Source of the DNA: Podarcis tiliguerta | Lineage: Eukaryota | Assembly (NCBI GenBank): GCA_965153285.1 | Contig: OZ229115.1 | Length of the DNA stretch: 64,000 nt | Reading direction: 5' to 3' (one strand) | Shown: positions 62,527 through 64,000 of the stretch, in pieces | Position numbering within the stretch: the first letter of the stretch is position 1 | Layout: the number at the start of each line of letters is the position of its first letter | Notes under the pieces: generated by a model | Told to the model about the DNA's origin: nothing | Seen by the model: only the letters and a program-made list of their open reading frames with translations | The model's database searches: none | Translations under genes and position numbers: made by a program

Positions 62527-63399
62527 CTTTAAAAACACAATAGTTAAAGATGTTAAGTCTTTTGAACTAAAAACATTGTTCACTATTTCACCATATTTGT
62601 TCTGATAGTTAATGTAATAAAACATAAGTAATAAAAGTATCTTTAAAAAAAGCAAATTATTATAACTAAGATATGAAAGAACAATTGAAAATACTCATGT
62701 ACTCTTTGAAATTTAAAACTCAGCCTTCCTGAATCTTCTCTTGTGCAAACTCGTGATACTAGCACTGATGCTATCTTATAAATTCTTATACATTTCCAAG
62801 CTCAAAATTCTGGCCTGAATGCCCCTTAAGGGCAGGGGTAGGGAACCGTATTTAGCTCTAGGGCCACATTCCCTTTTGAAAAACCTTTCAAGAACACATT
62901 CTAGTAGCAGGCAGGGCCAGAGGCAAAACTGGGTGGAGTGACAAATACCAATAAAATCAGATTTCTCCGCTATTGCCCTTGTGCTATGAAATGTTCTTCC
63001 TCCTGTCATACGAGAAGTAGCAACCATCAGATGCTTCAAACATCTTTTAAAGATGTATTTTGCCCAGGCTTTCCCTTACACGGAAGACCAGAGGTTTTTG
63101 CCAAGTTAACTAAGGAGAAGATCTCTATATCTACATTGTGGTAAATCAATGAAGAATATGACTTGACACCAAACTGTATATGTGGAGGGGCAGCAAAGGA
63201 AAGAGAAAAAGGAGGATCAAATAAATCACACAGGAAAACACAAACATAAAGAACAGAAGGCAGTGTTCAACCCATACACTGTATGCATGCTAGAAAACTA
63301 GGTCTAATTACTAGATCCCACCTCATCAAAACAGATTTTTGTGCATTTTTCACACATTTATTTGCTTTTTTAAAAACTGTATTTCCTCCCAAAGCAGCC

Positions 63400-63780
63400 C
63401 AGGGTAGTAAGCATCTAATGCTACAATAGTATGATTAAAAATTAAATAAAAACATCTCTAAAACATTTTAAACCATCTATACACATTTAAAGGGAATCAC
63501 ATGCCATCAGTTAAAATTTCAGTTGCCATGGCCAGCATTGGTGTTATATGCTCAAACCATATTTCCCTGGCGAGCAAACTGGCAGCTGATTCTGCACCAA
63601 ATGAAGTTTCTGAACGGTCTTCAGAGTTAAACCCCATGTACTGTATAATGCAATGCAATAATCTAACCTAGAGGTTACCAGAGCAGGCTATCCCTGTTGA
63701 GATAGGGATACAGCTGGGCCACCAAAGCTGATGGAAGGCACTCCACGCCACCAACACCACCTGAGCCTCAAGCAACTGAC
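63400..63780 (-). mobile_element. L2 fragment
   Basis: LVTSRLDYC-type motif on the minus strand near 63640-63690. Confidence 0.55.
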
Positions 63781-64000
63781 AAGTATAGCAAAAATTGGTC
63801 TTTGTGAAAAGACTCATCTTCTCTTCACATACTATACTGGTCTAAAAAAGGACATCACACAAGGAAAAAGGGCCAGGAAAGGAAGAGGAAAATCAAAATC
63901 AAAACTCAGGGAGAGATGTTCCTATAATCTTTTTAAAATTAGTTTTTCTTAAAGATTTTATTGTGAAAGAAAGAAAGAAAAGTACATACAGTGGTACCTC

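Overview
Vertebrate, AT-rich genomic DNA. A Sauria SINE, BovB, CR1/L2 and Tc1/mariner MITE landscape points to a squamate, probably a lacertid lizard (inference). The window holds a tandem, head-to-tail array of three paralogous multi-exon genes on the minus strand that encode type-I membrane sushi/CCP (SCR) proteins of the RCA family (CD46/chicken CREM-like). Paralog C (40541-62526, signal exon outside the window) has 6 CCPs, including the hallmark split CCP (103+86 nt exons), then a 2-Cys SCR-like domain, a two-exon TM and a tail. Paralogs A (1259-14083) and B (18010-33707) lack the two central CCPs, and a third CCP exon is disabled by a different lesion in each. All three keep a near-invariant 27-nt micro-exon that places an Arg in the N-terminal TM (S[IV]FLRLLIA), resembling FcR-gamma-coupled activating receptors. 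The cytoplasmic tails have diverged by frameshifts, with a possible CD46-style alternative tail. The CpG-island exon 1/intron 1 region of A and B is about 97% identical, suggesting gene conversion, but it lies next to a 304-nt assembly gap. Introns carry many TEs. Exon models were derived by hand from GT-AG sites and frame continuity and are not transcript-verified.
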